This document shows, in pieces, positions 1-8,626 of a stretch of DNA of 52,704 nucleotides. The notes beneath the pieces are model-generated. The model did not search any database. It saw nothing but the letters and a program-made list of their open reading frames with translations, and was not told the DNA's origin. The position numbers and the translations under genes are program-made. Source of the stretch: a virus (Duplodnaviria > Caudoviricetes); the IMG/VR virus record IMGVR_UViG_3300046715_000106, positions 1 through 52,704 of that record; one strand, given 5' to 3'. Numbering within the stretch: the stretch's first letter is position 1; each line of letters opens with the position of its first letter.

Positions 1-142
1 ACGCGAAGCCGCAGAGGCCGACCCTCCCGCGAGGCAGGGCCACGTCACGTACATGGCCGGCGTGAACCTCGTCGAGGCGGCCCTCGTCAAGGAGGGGCTG
101 CTGTACAAGCGGTACGCCGGGGACGGCTCGTTCGGCTCGGCG
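1..142. repeat. Terminal direct repeat, left copy (circular overlap)
   Basis: 1-142 equals 52563-52704 except C127 vs T52689 (synonymous Gly codon). Confidence 0.97.
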
Positions 143-268
143 ACCCGGGATGCGTACGCGAAGTGGCAGCGCCACCTCGGCTACTCGGGCAGCGCCGCCG
201 ACGGCATCCCCGGCATGACCTCCCTCAAGAAGCTCGGGGCCCGTCACGGCTTCGACGTCATCGCCTGA
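2..268 (+). CDS. Endolysin C-terminal part (peptidoglycan-binding domain), continuation of 51910-52704
   Basis: DGSFGSATRDAYAKWQRHLG...ADGIPG PG-binding motif; in frame with the amidase ORF across the junction. Confidence 0.9.
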   Translation, partial: REAAEADPPARQGHVTYMAGVNLVEAALVKEGLLYKRYAGDGSFGSATRDAYAKWQRHLGYSGSAADGIPGMTSLKKLGARHGFDVIA

Positions 269-285
269 TCTGGAAGGACTGGCCC

Positions 286-489
286 ATGAAACTCTCGAAG
301 ATGTGGAAGGCGGTCGTCGGCGGCTTGGCCGCAGGCACCGCGGCCGCAGCCACCGCAATGCAGGACGGCACGCTGACGACCGGCGAAGGCGTCACCGTCG
401 CGCTCGCCATCCTCGGCGCCTACGGCGTCACGTGGGCTGTACCGAACCGGCAGGCAGACCCGAAGCACGCCGCCCCGTCTGGTCAGTAG
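286..489 (+). CDS. Holin-like small membrane protein
   Basis: Two hydrophobic segments, follows endolysin, RBS AAGGA. Confidence 0.7.
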   Translation: MKLSKMWKAVVGGLAAGTAAAATAMQDGTLTTGEGVTVALAILGAYGVTWAVPNRQADPKHAAPSGQ

Positions 490-499
490 GGAGCCCTGA

Positions 500-760
500 T
501 TGGACGCCACCGCCCTTGGCGCGGTCCTCGCCTGCGTGGGCGTGCTGTCCGGCTCGGTGGTGGCGTACATCGGGAAGCGCGGCGAGAACGCCAACTCGCT
601 GACGGACCAAGTCCAAGAGGAACGCGACGGACTGGTGAGGCGCCTCGCCGAGAAGGACGCACAGATCTCGGCGTTGGAGCAACAGCGGCACGACTACCTC
701 GTCAGGATCACGCAGCTTGAGATAGAAAACATTCGACTCGGAGGAACCCCGACCCCATGA
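500..760 (+). CDS. Membrane protein with coiled-coil C-terminus (lysis accessory)
   Basis: N-terminal TM helix plus heptad-like region; TTG start after GGAG. Confidence 0.65.
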   Translation: MDATALGAVLACVGVLSGSVVAYIGKRGENANSLTDQVQEERDGLVRRLAEKDAQISALEQQRHDYLVRITQLEIENIRLGGTPTP

Positions 761-1419
761 CCCGGACAGAGCGCACGATCGTCCTGCACTGGCGCGGCCT
801 CGTCGTGGCGTGCGCGATCGTCGCTCTGTTCGGGATCGCGTGGGCGACGTGGCACCGCATCGACGCCTCGGACCGCAGCTATGCGGCGGCCGCGGCTGAG
901 GCGAACAAGCGTGGCGACGCGGTCAGCACGCTCGCCGGGGACGTGCGAGCCCTACGTCAGCAGGTGCAGGACTCGGGTAAGACCCCGGTGGCCCCGGACC
1001 CGACGAAGGCCGTCGACAATCTGCCCGCCCGCGCTGAGGTTCCGGTGCCGATCCCGGGCCCGAAGGGCGAGCCGGGGTCGCCCGGCCCGTCTGGGTCGCC
1101 GGGGAAGTCGGGTGCGGCGGGGTCCGCGGGGAGTCCCGGAGCGGTCGGCCCGACCGGGCCAGCTGGTCCCGGCGGTCCTGCTGGCCCGCAGGGTGAGCAG
1201 GGTCCGGCTGGACCCGCAGGGCAGGACGGCACGGACGGTACCGACGGCAGGGACGGGCAGGATGGGCAGACCTGCCCGGACGGCTACAGTCTCCAGGCCC
1301 CGTCGTATGACCCGGATGCGCTGGTGTGCCGCCGGAATGGGGCGCCGGACCCGGGCGGCAGTGAGACGCCGACACCACAGGCGGCCGGACTGGACCCAAC
1401 TCGCCGGATCTACGCCTAA
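757..1419 (+). CDS. Membrane-anchored collagen-like protein
   Basis: N-terminal TM, 24 consecutive Gly-X-Y triplets, CPDGY...LVC C-terminus. Confidence 0.85.
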   Translation: MTRTERTIVLHWRGLVVACAIVALFGIAWATWHRIDASDRSYAAAAAEANKRGDAVSTLAGDVRALRQQVQDSGKTPVAPDPTKAVDNLPARAEVPVPIPGPKGEPGSPGPSGSPGKSGAAGSAGSPGAVGPTGPAGPGGPAGPQGEQGPAGPAGQDGTDGTDGRDGQDGQTCPDGYSLQAPSYDPDALVCRRNGAPDPGGSETPTPQAAGLDPTRRIYA

Positions 1420-1595
1420 GCCGCTTCGACGACCTCAGCACGGACAGCGGCCGCCCACTCCACCAACAGGCGTTCGTACGCCGCCCGTTCCTTCGCTGTC
1501 AGCTGCGTCCCCGCGCGCGGCCACAGGGCGCGGATGTCCCCGTTCACGACCGCGGCAGGCCGCACGCGGCCCGGGGCCAGGGGGTTGGGGGACAT
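1416..1595 (-). CDS. Small hypothetical protein, probably leaderless
   Basis: 59-aa ORF divergent from XRE-TPR; TAGACT -10 box 6 nt upstream of ATG. Confidence 0.65.
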   Translation of the reverse strand: MSPNPLAPGRVRPAAVVNGDIRALWPRAGTQLTAKERAAYERLLVEWAAAVRAEVVEAA

Positions 1596-1694
1596 GCGCA
1601 AAGTCTACGAGCCTGGCACGACAACCACGAGGCCCCCGCACACGTCACCCGCCAGCAGTACCGTAGAAAGACAAACCTTCTGGCGGGGGTACAC

Positions 1695-2900
1695 ATGAAC
1701 ACTTCCATCGGCGACCGCATCCGCAGCTTGCGCGAGTTCCGCGATCTCACCCAAGAGGAACTTGCCGCGCGGGCCGGCGTCCACGTCGACACCATCCGGA
1801 AGCTCGAGCAGGGCACACGCCAGTCCGCGCGCATCAACACCCTCCGCGCGCTCGCACGCGCTCTCGATGTGCAGCTCGAGCGTCTGGTAGGACAGCCCAC
1901 TGTGACGCAGCAACTCTCCGACGACGGCGGCCTCCTCGCTCTGCGCGACGCAATCCAGGACGTCAGCGCCCTGCCTGGAGTCCTCGAGGAGGACGACCTT
2001 GAGGACCCGCCGGGCGAGCAGGCGTGGGCCGACAGCGTGAAGGCCGCGACCACCATGTATTGGCGCGGCGACTACACGCGGCTGTCCGGCGCGCTGCCGC
2101 TGCTCCTGCGCGACGGGCGCGCGGTGGCCCGGGAGACCCCAACGGAGCTGGTGTGGCGGCGCCTCGCTCTCGCCTACCAGCTTGCCGCTTGCCTGGCGAC
2201 GCAGGCCGGGCACAGCGATTGGGCGTTCGCCGCGGTGGAGAAGCAGCTCGCCGCCGCGGCTCGAGCTTCCGACCCTCTGACGGAGGGAATGGGAGTGTCC
2301 ACGCTGTCGTGGGTGCTGCTGCGGCAGGGGCGTTGGGAGCAGGCGCAGACGGTCGCTGAGCGGAAAGCCGACGCGCTCGAGCCCAGCTTCCGCAAGTCCA
2401 CGCCGACACAGCTCGCCGTGTACGGGAACCTCCTCATCGCCGCGGCGACGCCGGCCGCGCGCCGGGACCAGCGTGACGACGCCATGCAGCTGCTGACGGC
2501 CGCCGAGGCGGCAGCGATCCGCTCCGGGCCGGTCCGCGCGTACGGGAGCGCATTCTCGGTGGTCGACGTCCGCACCCAGAAGGTGAACATTGCGCTGGCG
2601 GGCAACGACAACCGGCCCGCAGATGCGCTCAGGTTCTCGAACGACGTGGCCGTCGCCGACATCTCCCGTCCGGTGCACTCTGCCGCGTACCGGGTGGATG
2701 TCGCGCAGGCGCGCTATCAGACGGGTGACTGCGGCGGGGCTCTCGAGACGCTCCTCGAGGTGGAGGAGGAGCAGCCGGAATGGATCCGTTTCCAGACGCT
2801 GGCTGCGGCGACGGTGCGGGAGATGCTCGAATCGGAGCGCCGCCGCAATACGCCGTTGCGGGGTCTCGCGGCGCGTCTTGGGGTGGACCCGACTTTGTGA
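1695..2900 (+). CDS. XRE-family HTH regulator with helical TPR-like C-terminal domain
   Basis: IGDRIRSLREFRDLTQEELAARAGVHVDTIRKLEQG HTH followed by about 330 aa of Ala-rich helical repeats. Confidence 0.88.
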   Translation: MNTSIGDRIRSLREFRDLTQEELAARAGVHVDTIRKLEQGTRQSARINTLRALARALDVQLERLVGQPTVTQQLSDDGGLLALRDAIQDVSALPGVLEEDDLEDPPGEQAWADSVKAATTMYWRGDYTRLSGALPLLLRDGRAVARETPTELVWRRLALAYQLAACLATQAGHSDWAFAAVEKQLAAAARASDPLTEGMGVSTLSWVLLRQGRWEQAQTVAERKADALEPSFRKSTPTQLAVYGNLLIAAATPAARRDQRDDAMQLLTAAEAAAIRSGPVRAYGSAFSVVDVRTQKVNIALAGNDNRPADALRFSNDVAVADISRPVHSAAYRVDVAQARYQTGDCGGALETLLEVEEEQPEWIRFQTLAAATVREMLESERRRNTPLRGLAARLGVDPTL

Positions 2901-3071
2901 GCGGGTAGGACAACACGTCCTAGTGCGGGGAGAATTGACGGTGCGACTGGTGGCTTCTGTCACTGGGCTGTGACGACACGCTTCCATAGCGTGATCCTCG
3001 TCACGCGGTGCCGCCCCATGCCCCCGCCAGAGGTCGGGGCGGCGCCGCAACCCGCAGCCCAGGGAGCGATC

Positions 3072-3293
3072 GTGAGCGCCAGCGTCAGAAGCATCCGGAC
3101 GACTATGGACGAGCCGGCGCGTCTGGCCCTGCCCCTGGAACCCCCCGCCCCAAAGCCCGGATGCGGCGTGTGCGCGGCCCTCGGCCGCCAGCGCGCCGAG
3201 GCCGAAGCCACTGGCGACATGTCCAAGGCCTCGGACTGCAACGTCGAGATCCGCAACCACCCGCACCCCACGCGCCGCGGCGGCACGTCATGA
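3072..3293 (+). CDS. Small Cys-containing hypothetical protein
   Basis: RBS AGGGAG, CGVC motif, coupled to next ORF. Confidence 0.6.
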   Translation: MSASVRSIRTTMDEPARLALPLEPPAPKPGCGVCAALGRQRAEAEATGDMSKASDCNVEIRNHPHPTRRGGTS

Positions 3294-3499
3294 CCGGCGC
3301 CCGGTGGGAGTGGCAGGACTCTGGCAGCTCATCCGGCCACCTGCAGCGGGTCGCCGACAGCGGCACGTTCAACCGCGTGCAGGCCGCATACCGCGCCTAC
3401 CTCGACCACTCGACCGCATGCGTCGGCTGCGAGCACGGAGAGATCCGCTGCCCCACGGCGGCCGAGCTGTGGGCCGTGTATCAGGCTGCCCGCTCATAG
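3290..3499 (+). CDS. Small putative zinc-binding protein
   Basis: HxxxCxxC...C motif; ATGA overlap. Confidence 0.6.
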   Translation: MTGARWEWQDSGSSSGHLQRVADSGTFNRVQAAYRAYLDHSTACVGCEHGEIRCPTAAELWAVYQAARS

Positions 3500-3590
3500 A
3501 CCCCCGCCCCGGCTCCCCAACCCTGGACAGGTCGAGCAGCCGGGGCGGGCCGCAAGTGCACTGCTCCACCACATCCGCAGAGGAGTGAGC

Positions 3591-4064
3591 ATGACTGCAC
3601 CTGTCATCACTGCCGTGCAGGCCAGGACACTGGCCGACCCGGCGTTCTTCACGCGGCTCAGCCGCCGCGTCGCCACCGTCCACGGCCTGGACCAGGAGGA
3701 GGCCGAGGGCATCGCCGATCAGACGCTGGCCTATCTCGCCACGGCGGCTCAGAAGCCGGCCGGGACGGGAACGCTGAGCCCCAGCCCGACTGTGGACCTC
3801 GGCCTGCACTGCTTCCTGGAGTACACCGCAGAGTACGACAGCTTCTTCCGGGCCCATGGCTGGCCGAAGGTCCACCACCACCCGTGGGACAACCCGAGCA
3901 AGACGTACGAGAGTTCCGCGGTGGTGATCCCGCGCACCGTCGCGGCGATCCGTGCGGCCGGGTACACGGTGGCGCCGGCGCTGTGGGACGCGGACCGCGT
4001 CGACTGCTCCGACGACAGCGACGGCCAGGAGGGCGACCCGCCGCCGTGCGGTGACCACGGCTGA
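3591..4064 (+). CDS. Glycine-rich-domain-containing (GRDP-like) protein
   Basis: SPSPTVDLGLHCFLEYTAEYDSF...HHHP resembles the PSxxVDxxWHxxxxxTxxY...HHxP family motif. Confidence 0.65.
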   Translation: MTAPVITAVQARTLADPAFFTRLSRRVATVHGLDQEEAEGIADQTLAYLATAAQKPAGTGTLSPSPTVDLGLHCFLEYTAEYDSFFRAHGWPKVHHHPWDNPSKTYESSAVVIPRTVAAIRAAGYTVAPALWDADRVDCSDDSDGQEGDPPPCGDHG

Positions 4065-4142
4065 CCAGAACAGGTAGGTGGTGTGGGCCCGCACCGGTAC
4101 GGTGGCCGGGCCCACACCCTCACGCACGAGAGAGGCACACGA

Positions 4143-4595
4143 ATGGCGAAGAACACGTCGGGGATCGGCCGGGTCACGATCTTCCCGTTCATCCACGACT
4201 GGGAAACCGGCTCCCGCTGCGCCCTCGCCTACACCACCACCGACGGCGGAACGACCGCCGTGATGGGTGTGATCCCTGTCGAAGGCAACGTGCACGAGCC
4301 GGGTGACCTGTTCGCCATGGCCGGACGGCACGGGTTCATCGGGGAGTGGAAGGGCAGCCACGAGCAGCGCTGCGGCGCGTGGCTCGCTTGTACCGGCGCG
4401 GGCTCTCGGACGGTGCAGAAGGCAGGCACGATCGACGTGCCCGACGCTGGGTGGGCGCTGGACATGGCGCGGGCCGCCGACCTCGAAGGCGCCTACTACG
4501 GGCACCTGCGGGTCGCTGCCGGCCGGATCACACTCGACGACCCGGCGTTGATGGAGCGGGCTCGCGCTCTAGTGCCCCTGCCGGTGGCCGTGTAG
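4143..4595 (+). CDS. Hypothetical protein
   Basis: 150-aa ORF with RBS GAGG and high-GC3 codon usage. Confidence 0.7.
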   Translation: MAKNTSGIGRVTIFPFIHDWETGSRCALAYTTTDGGTTAVMGVIPVEGNVHEPGDLFAMAGRHGFIGEWKGSHEQRCGAWLACTGAGSRTVQKAGTIDVPDAGWALDMARAADLEGAYYGHLRVAAGRITLDDPALMERARALVPLPVAV

Positions 4596-4661
4596 CCGAG
4601 GTGCTGGCCCCGTCTGTCCGCTTCCCCCGTGGCGGATGGGCGGGGCCTCTTGCGGCCCGCT

Positions 4662-4895
4662 TCAGCGCACGAGGTCGGCGAGCGGCACGTTGAGGGCGTC
4701 GGCGATGAGGAGCAGGTCTTCCAGGTTCGGGATGCGGGTGGCGTGCTCGTATCGGTGGACCGTTTTGTGGTCGCGGCCGATGCGGTCGCCGAGCTGGACC
4801 TGCGTGAGGTTCGCCTCCTCGCGCGCTGCGCGGACGCGCGCTCCGATGACCGCACGGCGGGCTGGAACCCAGGCAGGCAACGGATCGAGTGGCAC
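4662..4895 (-). CDS. Small XRE-family HTH regulator
   Basis: IGARVRAAREEANLTQVQLGDRIGRDHKTVHRYEHATRIPNLEDLLLIADAL. Confidence 0.88.
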   Translation of the reverse strand: MPLDPLPAWVPARRAVIGARVRAAREEANLTQVQLGDRIGRDHKTVHRYEHATRIPNLEDLLLIADALNVPLADLVR

Positions 4896-4928
4896 CCGCC
4901 CACGCTTGCCGCACCATGATCATAAGTC

Positions 4929-4947
4929 TTTACCTGACCGGGTAAAT
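4929..4947. promoter_or_regulatory. Inverted repeat TTTACC-N6-GGTAAA, candidate operator
   Basis: AT-rich palindrome upstream of the small XRE gene. Confidence 0.45.
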
Positions 4948-5088
4948 TTAAGGATCTTGAACCGGGGAAACTGACCGATGCCGCACCATCGCACGTCAGA
5001 GTATGGACCGCGGCCGTGAAGCGGTCGCCGGGTGTACGCGTCTCCACCCGATCCGGCCGTTAGACGCTAAGACTCGGTCAAAGCGTCC

Positions 5089-5116
5089 CGCCCCGGAGGT
5101 GTTCACCTCCGGGGCG
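5089..5116. terminator. Stem-loop, putative intrinsic terminator
   Basis: CGCCCCGGAGGT / ACCTCCGGGGCG 12-bp stem. Confidence 0.55.
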
Positions 5117-5364
5117 GTCTACGTTGTACGTCAAGAGGCCCTCACCGACATATCCGGCGAGGGCCTCTCCCCGTGAGGCCGGCCTCCCCGCCGGACACCC
5201 ACAGGACGTGAGAGACGCGTCTCAGGCGCGCGTGGGGAGACGCGCCTGCCTCTCTCAGGGCAGCACTGTACGTGGTTGTTGAACATAGTCCAGCCCCTCA
5301 TTCGAGTGAACTGCACGACATGATCACGTGAGGGTGTGGCATCTATGTGGCACTCGATCATGGA

Positions 5365-5398
5365 AGAGGCCTCCCGTTCGAATGAACGAGAGGCCTCT
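5365..5398 (-). terminator. Hairpin downstream of the tRNA 3' fragment (replacement terminator after integration)
   Basis: AGAGGCCTCcCGTTC / GAACGaGAGGCCTCT. Confidence 0.55.
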
Positions 5399-5424
5399 CA
5401 ACTCTCTGACCTGCTGTACAGGCA

Positions 5425-5468
5425 GTGCCCCCGGCAGGATTCGAACCTGCGACACCCGCTTTAGGAGA
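5425..5468 (-). tRNA. att core: 3' half of tRNA-Arg(CCT), a fragment and not a full gene
   Basis: Reverse complement TCTCCTAAAGCGGGTGTCGCAGGTTCGAATCCTGCCGGGGGCAC has anticodon loop CTCCTAA and T-arm GCAGG-TTCGAAT-CCTGC; no 5' half seen. Confidence 0.88.
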
Positions 5469-5626
5469 GAACGTAAAGCGATCATGAGGCTCAGTGAGGC
5501 CGAATGGGGCTCAGTGAGTCTCGGACCATAGGGGCGTGACCTGCACAAACAAGAATCAGCGAGTCTCAGTGAGGATCAATGAGGGGGTGTTGTGGCATCC
5601 ATGTGGCATCTGCGTGGCATCCAGCC

Positions 5627-6910
5627 TCACACCGCCCGCAACGTTCGAACACCCTCGGTCTCCGGGGCCATCCGCGCGAGCACCTTCGCGGCCACGTCCT
5701 CGGGGGAGTGCTGATAGATCCACGTGACCTTCGAGCCGCGTTCGTGGCCCATCACGGTCTGCGTGTCCTTCTCATCGATCCCGAGCTCCTTGAGCCACGT
5801 CGCGAACACGTGCCGCAGATCGTGCACCCGCGGCCACCACTCCAGCCGACCCGTCTCCGGGTTCTTGACCTGCCTTGCAAGACCCGCGTCCTGGATGGCC
5901 GGCACCCACACACGGCGGAAGTTGTGCCGCGTGAGCGTGCCCCCCTGCGGCCCACGGAAGACAAGCTCCTTCGGCACGAGGTCGTACGGGTCGTCGCCGA
6001 TCGGTGTCACCTTCTCCGACGGCCGCCACCGATCCACCATCGTGCGGACCGCGTCGGCCGCCTGCGGGGTGAGCGGCACTGTGCGGAACCCAGCGACGCT
6101 CTTAGGTGCAGGCTTCCGGAAGAGCCGCCCGTGGTCCTCACTGAGCACTTCCTTCACCTTGAGGTGGTTAGCCTCCAGGTCCACGTTCTCCCACCGCAGC
6201 GCCGTCGCCTCACCCCACCGCAGACCGGTGTGCTCCAAGAACACGACCAACGGCCGGTAGTACATGGGCAGATGCTCGACGATGAGCGCGCACTGTGCAC
6301 GGCTCGGCGGCCGAAGATCATCGGGGTGCTTGGTCTGCGGCTCCCCGATGTCGAGGTCAGCAGCCGGGTTGAAGGGGATGCGGCGCCCGTCCTTCACTGC
6401 GGCCTTGAGCATCTGGTTCAGGACCTCGTGGACCTTCTTCCGCGTGTGGTAGCCCTTCACTTCCTTCGTGATCCATGCCTGTAGCTCGATGTACTCCAGG
6501 TCGCACAGCCGCCACTCGCCCCACTTCGGTTTGATGTGGGCATTCCAGTTGGACACCTTCCGGTTCGTCGTCGTGACCGCCCGGTCCGGCTGCGCCTCCC
6601 ACCACTTCACCCACCACTGCGCGAGAGTGATCTGCCCGCGCTTGGGGTCGGAGTACGTCTTGGTGCGGACTTGGTCGCGCATCTTGTCGAGGTGCGCCTC
6701 GGCCGCCTTGAAGCCGCCGTCTTCGATCGAGAAGCACTTCTGCTTCTGGTTTCCGGCGCGATCCCGGTACCGGGCCTGCCACGAACCCGTGCAGTCCCGG
6801 CGCCTGTTGCGCTCGCCGTACTCCTCGGGCGGGTACTTGGCCATGCACAGCTGGCATCCGCAACTCTTCGCGCGCAGCTGCCGCGGGTTGTTCGAAGCCC
6901 TACGCCCCAT
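5627..6910 (-). CDS. int: Tyrosine integrase
   Basis: TGLRWGE, HDLRH and MGH...TWIY catalytic motifs; adjacent to att core. Confidence 0.97.
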   Translation of the reverse strand: MGRRASNNPRQLRAKSCGCQLCMAKYPPEEYGERNRRRDCTGSWQARYRDRAGNQKQKCFSIEDGGFKAAEAHLDKMRDQVRTKTYSDPKRGQITLAQWWVKWWEAQPDRAVTTTNRKVSNWNAHIKPKWGEWRLCDLEYIELQAWITKEVKGYHTRKKVHEVLNQMLKAAVKDGRRIPFNPAADLDIGEPQTKHPDDLRPPSRAQCALIVEHLPMYYRPLVVFLEHTGLRWGEATALRWENVDLEANHLKVKEVLSEDHGRLFRKPAPKSVAGFRTVPLTPQAADAVRTMVDRWRPSEKVTPIGDDPYDLVPKELVFRGPQGGTLTRHNFRRVWVPAIQDAGLARQVKNPETGRLEWWPRVHDLRHVFATWLKELGIDEKDTQTVMGHERGSKVTWIYQHSPEDVAAKVLARMAPETEGVRTLRAV

Positions 6911-7154
6911 GATGAATCACCACCTGGTCTCCGTTCACTCGCTGCTGAGATACCTGAGCGAGGAGACGGACTCTCTCCCCACAGAAGCAGCGTGCACCCA
7001 ATTCGGGCTGCTCGACGGCGAGTTCGGAGAGGACCTTACGGACGGCGCGCAGGGCGTATATGCCCTCCAGCTGCGCCGGGATCCGGATCAGCCGCCGCTC
7101 TGGGTCCCATGGGGAGGCCGTGCCAGAGGAGACGTAATGGACGCGGATACACAT
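6900..7154 (-). CDS. Small hypothetical protein between repressor and integrase
   Basis: 84-aa ORF overlapping int start, CFCG motif. Confidence 0.6.
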   Translation of the reverse strand: MCIRVHYVSSGTASPWDPERRLIRIPAQLEGIYALRAVRKVLSELAVEQPELGARCFCGERVRLLAQVSQQRVNGDQVVIHHGA

Positions 7155-7337
7155 GCCGAACCCCCGGAGACGCAGGCGACAGGATGGAAGCCGTGGGGGA
7201 GGACATCGGCCGTGTGAGCGACCGTACTCGCAGATTGGTGAATATGCGACCAGTCTGCGCATGCTCCGTGTGCATAAATGCGCGCAGTGTGAACGAGCGT
7301 ATTTCGCTCAGGCTTGCGAACGGGTCAGAAGGTTGCG

Positions 7338-7703
7338 CTACGTCCGGTTTGCTTCGTTCAGCGCCCGCATCTCGATCTCCTTCGCCCGCTGCTGCTCCTC
7401 GGTGAGCCCGCGGAAGTACTCCAGTACGCGAGCTTCCCTGGCTGCGTCGAGGGGGCCCGGGGTGGCGCGGCCGGCGGCGGCGAAGATCTGTTCCTCGGTG
7501 AACTTGGGGAACTCGCGGGCGAGTGCGCGCAGGCTTTCCGCCTTGACGCCGCGCTTGGTGCCGCGCAGGCGGTGTGTCCAGGCGTTGACCGTGGCTGGGG
7601 CGACGCCGATGCGGCGCGCGACTTCGCTCTCGTTGACGTCGTACTCCGACTTCAGACGGGCGAGCAGCTGCGCGAGGTCTTCAGTGCGCTCCTCATGCTC
7701 CAC
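7338..7703 (-). CDS. Immunity repressor (XRE HTH), probably leaderless
   Basis: NESEVARRIGVAPATVNAW HTH; upstream of int and divergent from the Cro-like gene. Confidence 0.82.
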   Translation of the reverse strand: MEHEERTEDLAQLLARLKSEYDVNESEVARRIGVAPATVNAWTHRLRGTKRGVKAESLRALAREFPKFTEEQIFAAAGRATPGPLDAAREARVLEYFRGLTEEQQRAKEIEMRALNEANRT

Positions 7704-7725
7704 GGGGCTAAGAGTGCACGCCAGT

Positions 7726-7753
7726 CTTCTACTTTCGCAAGTGAAAGTAGAAG
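7726..7753. promoter_or_regulatory. Operator-like inverted repeat CTTCTACTTTC-N6-GAAAGTAGAAG
   Basis: Perfect 11-bp arms just upstream of the repressor. Confidence 0.65.
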
Positions 7754-7887
7754 CGTGGCGCGATGTCAGCGCGGCGCGTAACCTCCCCGTCACGCACCGG
7801 CGCACGTGGCATATGCACCGAGAATAGAACGCACATTCGATGACCGCCAGTGGGGCGCACAACTTGCAGAAACAACCCGCCACTCAC

Positions 7888-7924
7888 TTGACCTCACTGA
7901 CACTGACACAGTAGAAATGTGTCA
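7888..7924 (+). promoter_or_regulatory. Early rightward promoter with overlapping palindrome
   Basis: TTGACC-N18-TAGAAA; TGACACA-N7-TGTGTCA at 7904-7924. Confidence 0.55.
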
Positions 7925-7973
7925 ACGGCAGCCCGGCAGGCCGCACCACTCACCAACTGGCACGAGGTCCCAC

Positions 7974-8252
7974 ATGTCCAACCTGATCCGCAAGGGCAAA
8001 GGCAAGCCACTCAGAGACGCACTGGAGCGGCACGGCCTGAACGCCCCCCAGCTCGCCGCCGCCACCAAAAGCGTGGACGCGAAGGGGCGCGGGATCAGTA
8101 CAGCCACCGTCTACAACGTCCTCGACGAAGACAACGGCGCATCCGACACCTGCCACATGCGCACCGCATGGCTGATGACCACGGCCATGGGTGAACCCCT
8201 CCAAACGCACTTCGACTTGCCCTCCGTTTCAACTGACACAGTGGAAAAGTAG
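7974..8252 (+). CDS. Cro-like HTH protein
   Basis: LRDALERHGLNAPQLA...ISTATVYNV; first gene of the rightward early operon. Confidence 0.7.
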   Translation: MSNLIRKGKGKPLRDALERHGLNAPQLAAATKSVDAKGRGISTATVYNVLDEDNGASDTCHMRTAWLMTTAMGEPLQTHFDLPSVSTDTVEK

Positions 8253-8267
8253 AAAGGCTCCCCCCTC

Positions 8268-8540
8268 ATGGCGAGCAAGACCCTCGCTGAACGCGTCGAG
8301 ACCCTCCGCCCCACCGGACTCGCCCCCCTCCTCAACAGCGCCCAACTGATGGCCCACTACGGCGTCTCCAACTGGACCGTCAACGAGTGGATCAAGGACG
8401 GGTGCCCCGTCGAGCGACTCCCCGGCGGCAACCGCCGCTTCGACCTCTCCAAGGTCAAGGAGTGGATGGACTCCCGCAGCGAACAGGCCGCAGAGATCGG
8501 CGCGCAGCGCTCCCGCCGCGCCGTCGCCGGCCGCGCCTGA
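8268..8540 (+). CDS. xis: Excisionase-like (MerR-type HTH) protein
   Basis: LMAHYGVSNWTVNEWIKDGCP...GGNRRFDLSKVKEW. Confidence 0.75.
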   Translation: MASKTLAERVETLRPTGLAPLLNSAQLMAHYGVSNWTVNEWIKDGCPVERLPGGNRRFDLSKVKEWMDSRSEQAAEIGAQRSRRAVAGRA

Positions 8541-8626
8541 CCCCACAAGAAAAGCGGGGCCGCCCGGACGGCCAGGTCCAGGAAGCCCCTCGGCACACCT
8601 CAACCAGTCAGAAAGAAGAGGTCACC

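Larger units (their letters stand above)
5335..5623. mobile_element. attP: attP region with integrase arm-type sites and candidate Xis sites
   Basis: TGTGGCAT-like repeats with 11-bp period (5335, 5346; 5591, 5602, 5613) flank the core; CTCAGTGAG-like repeats with 10-bp period at 5490, 5510, 5555, 5565, 5575. Confidence 0.85.

Noticed and set aside
1-142. Physical direct terminal repeats of the virion DNA
   Set aside because: The repeat lies mid-endolysin and has a length typical of assembly overlap; real termini cannot be determined from this sequence.
5425-5468. Complete tRNA gene
   Set aside because: Only the anticodon loop to 3' end is present; it is the att core.
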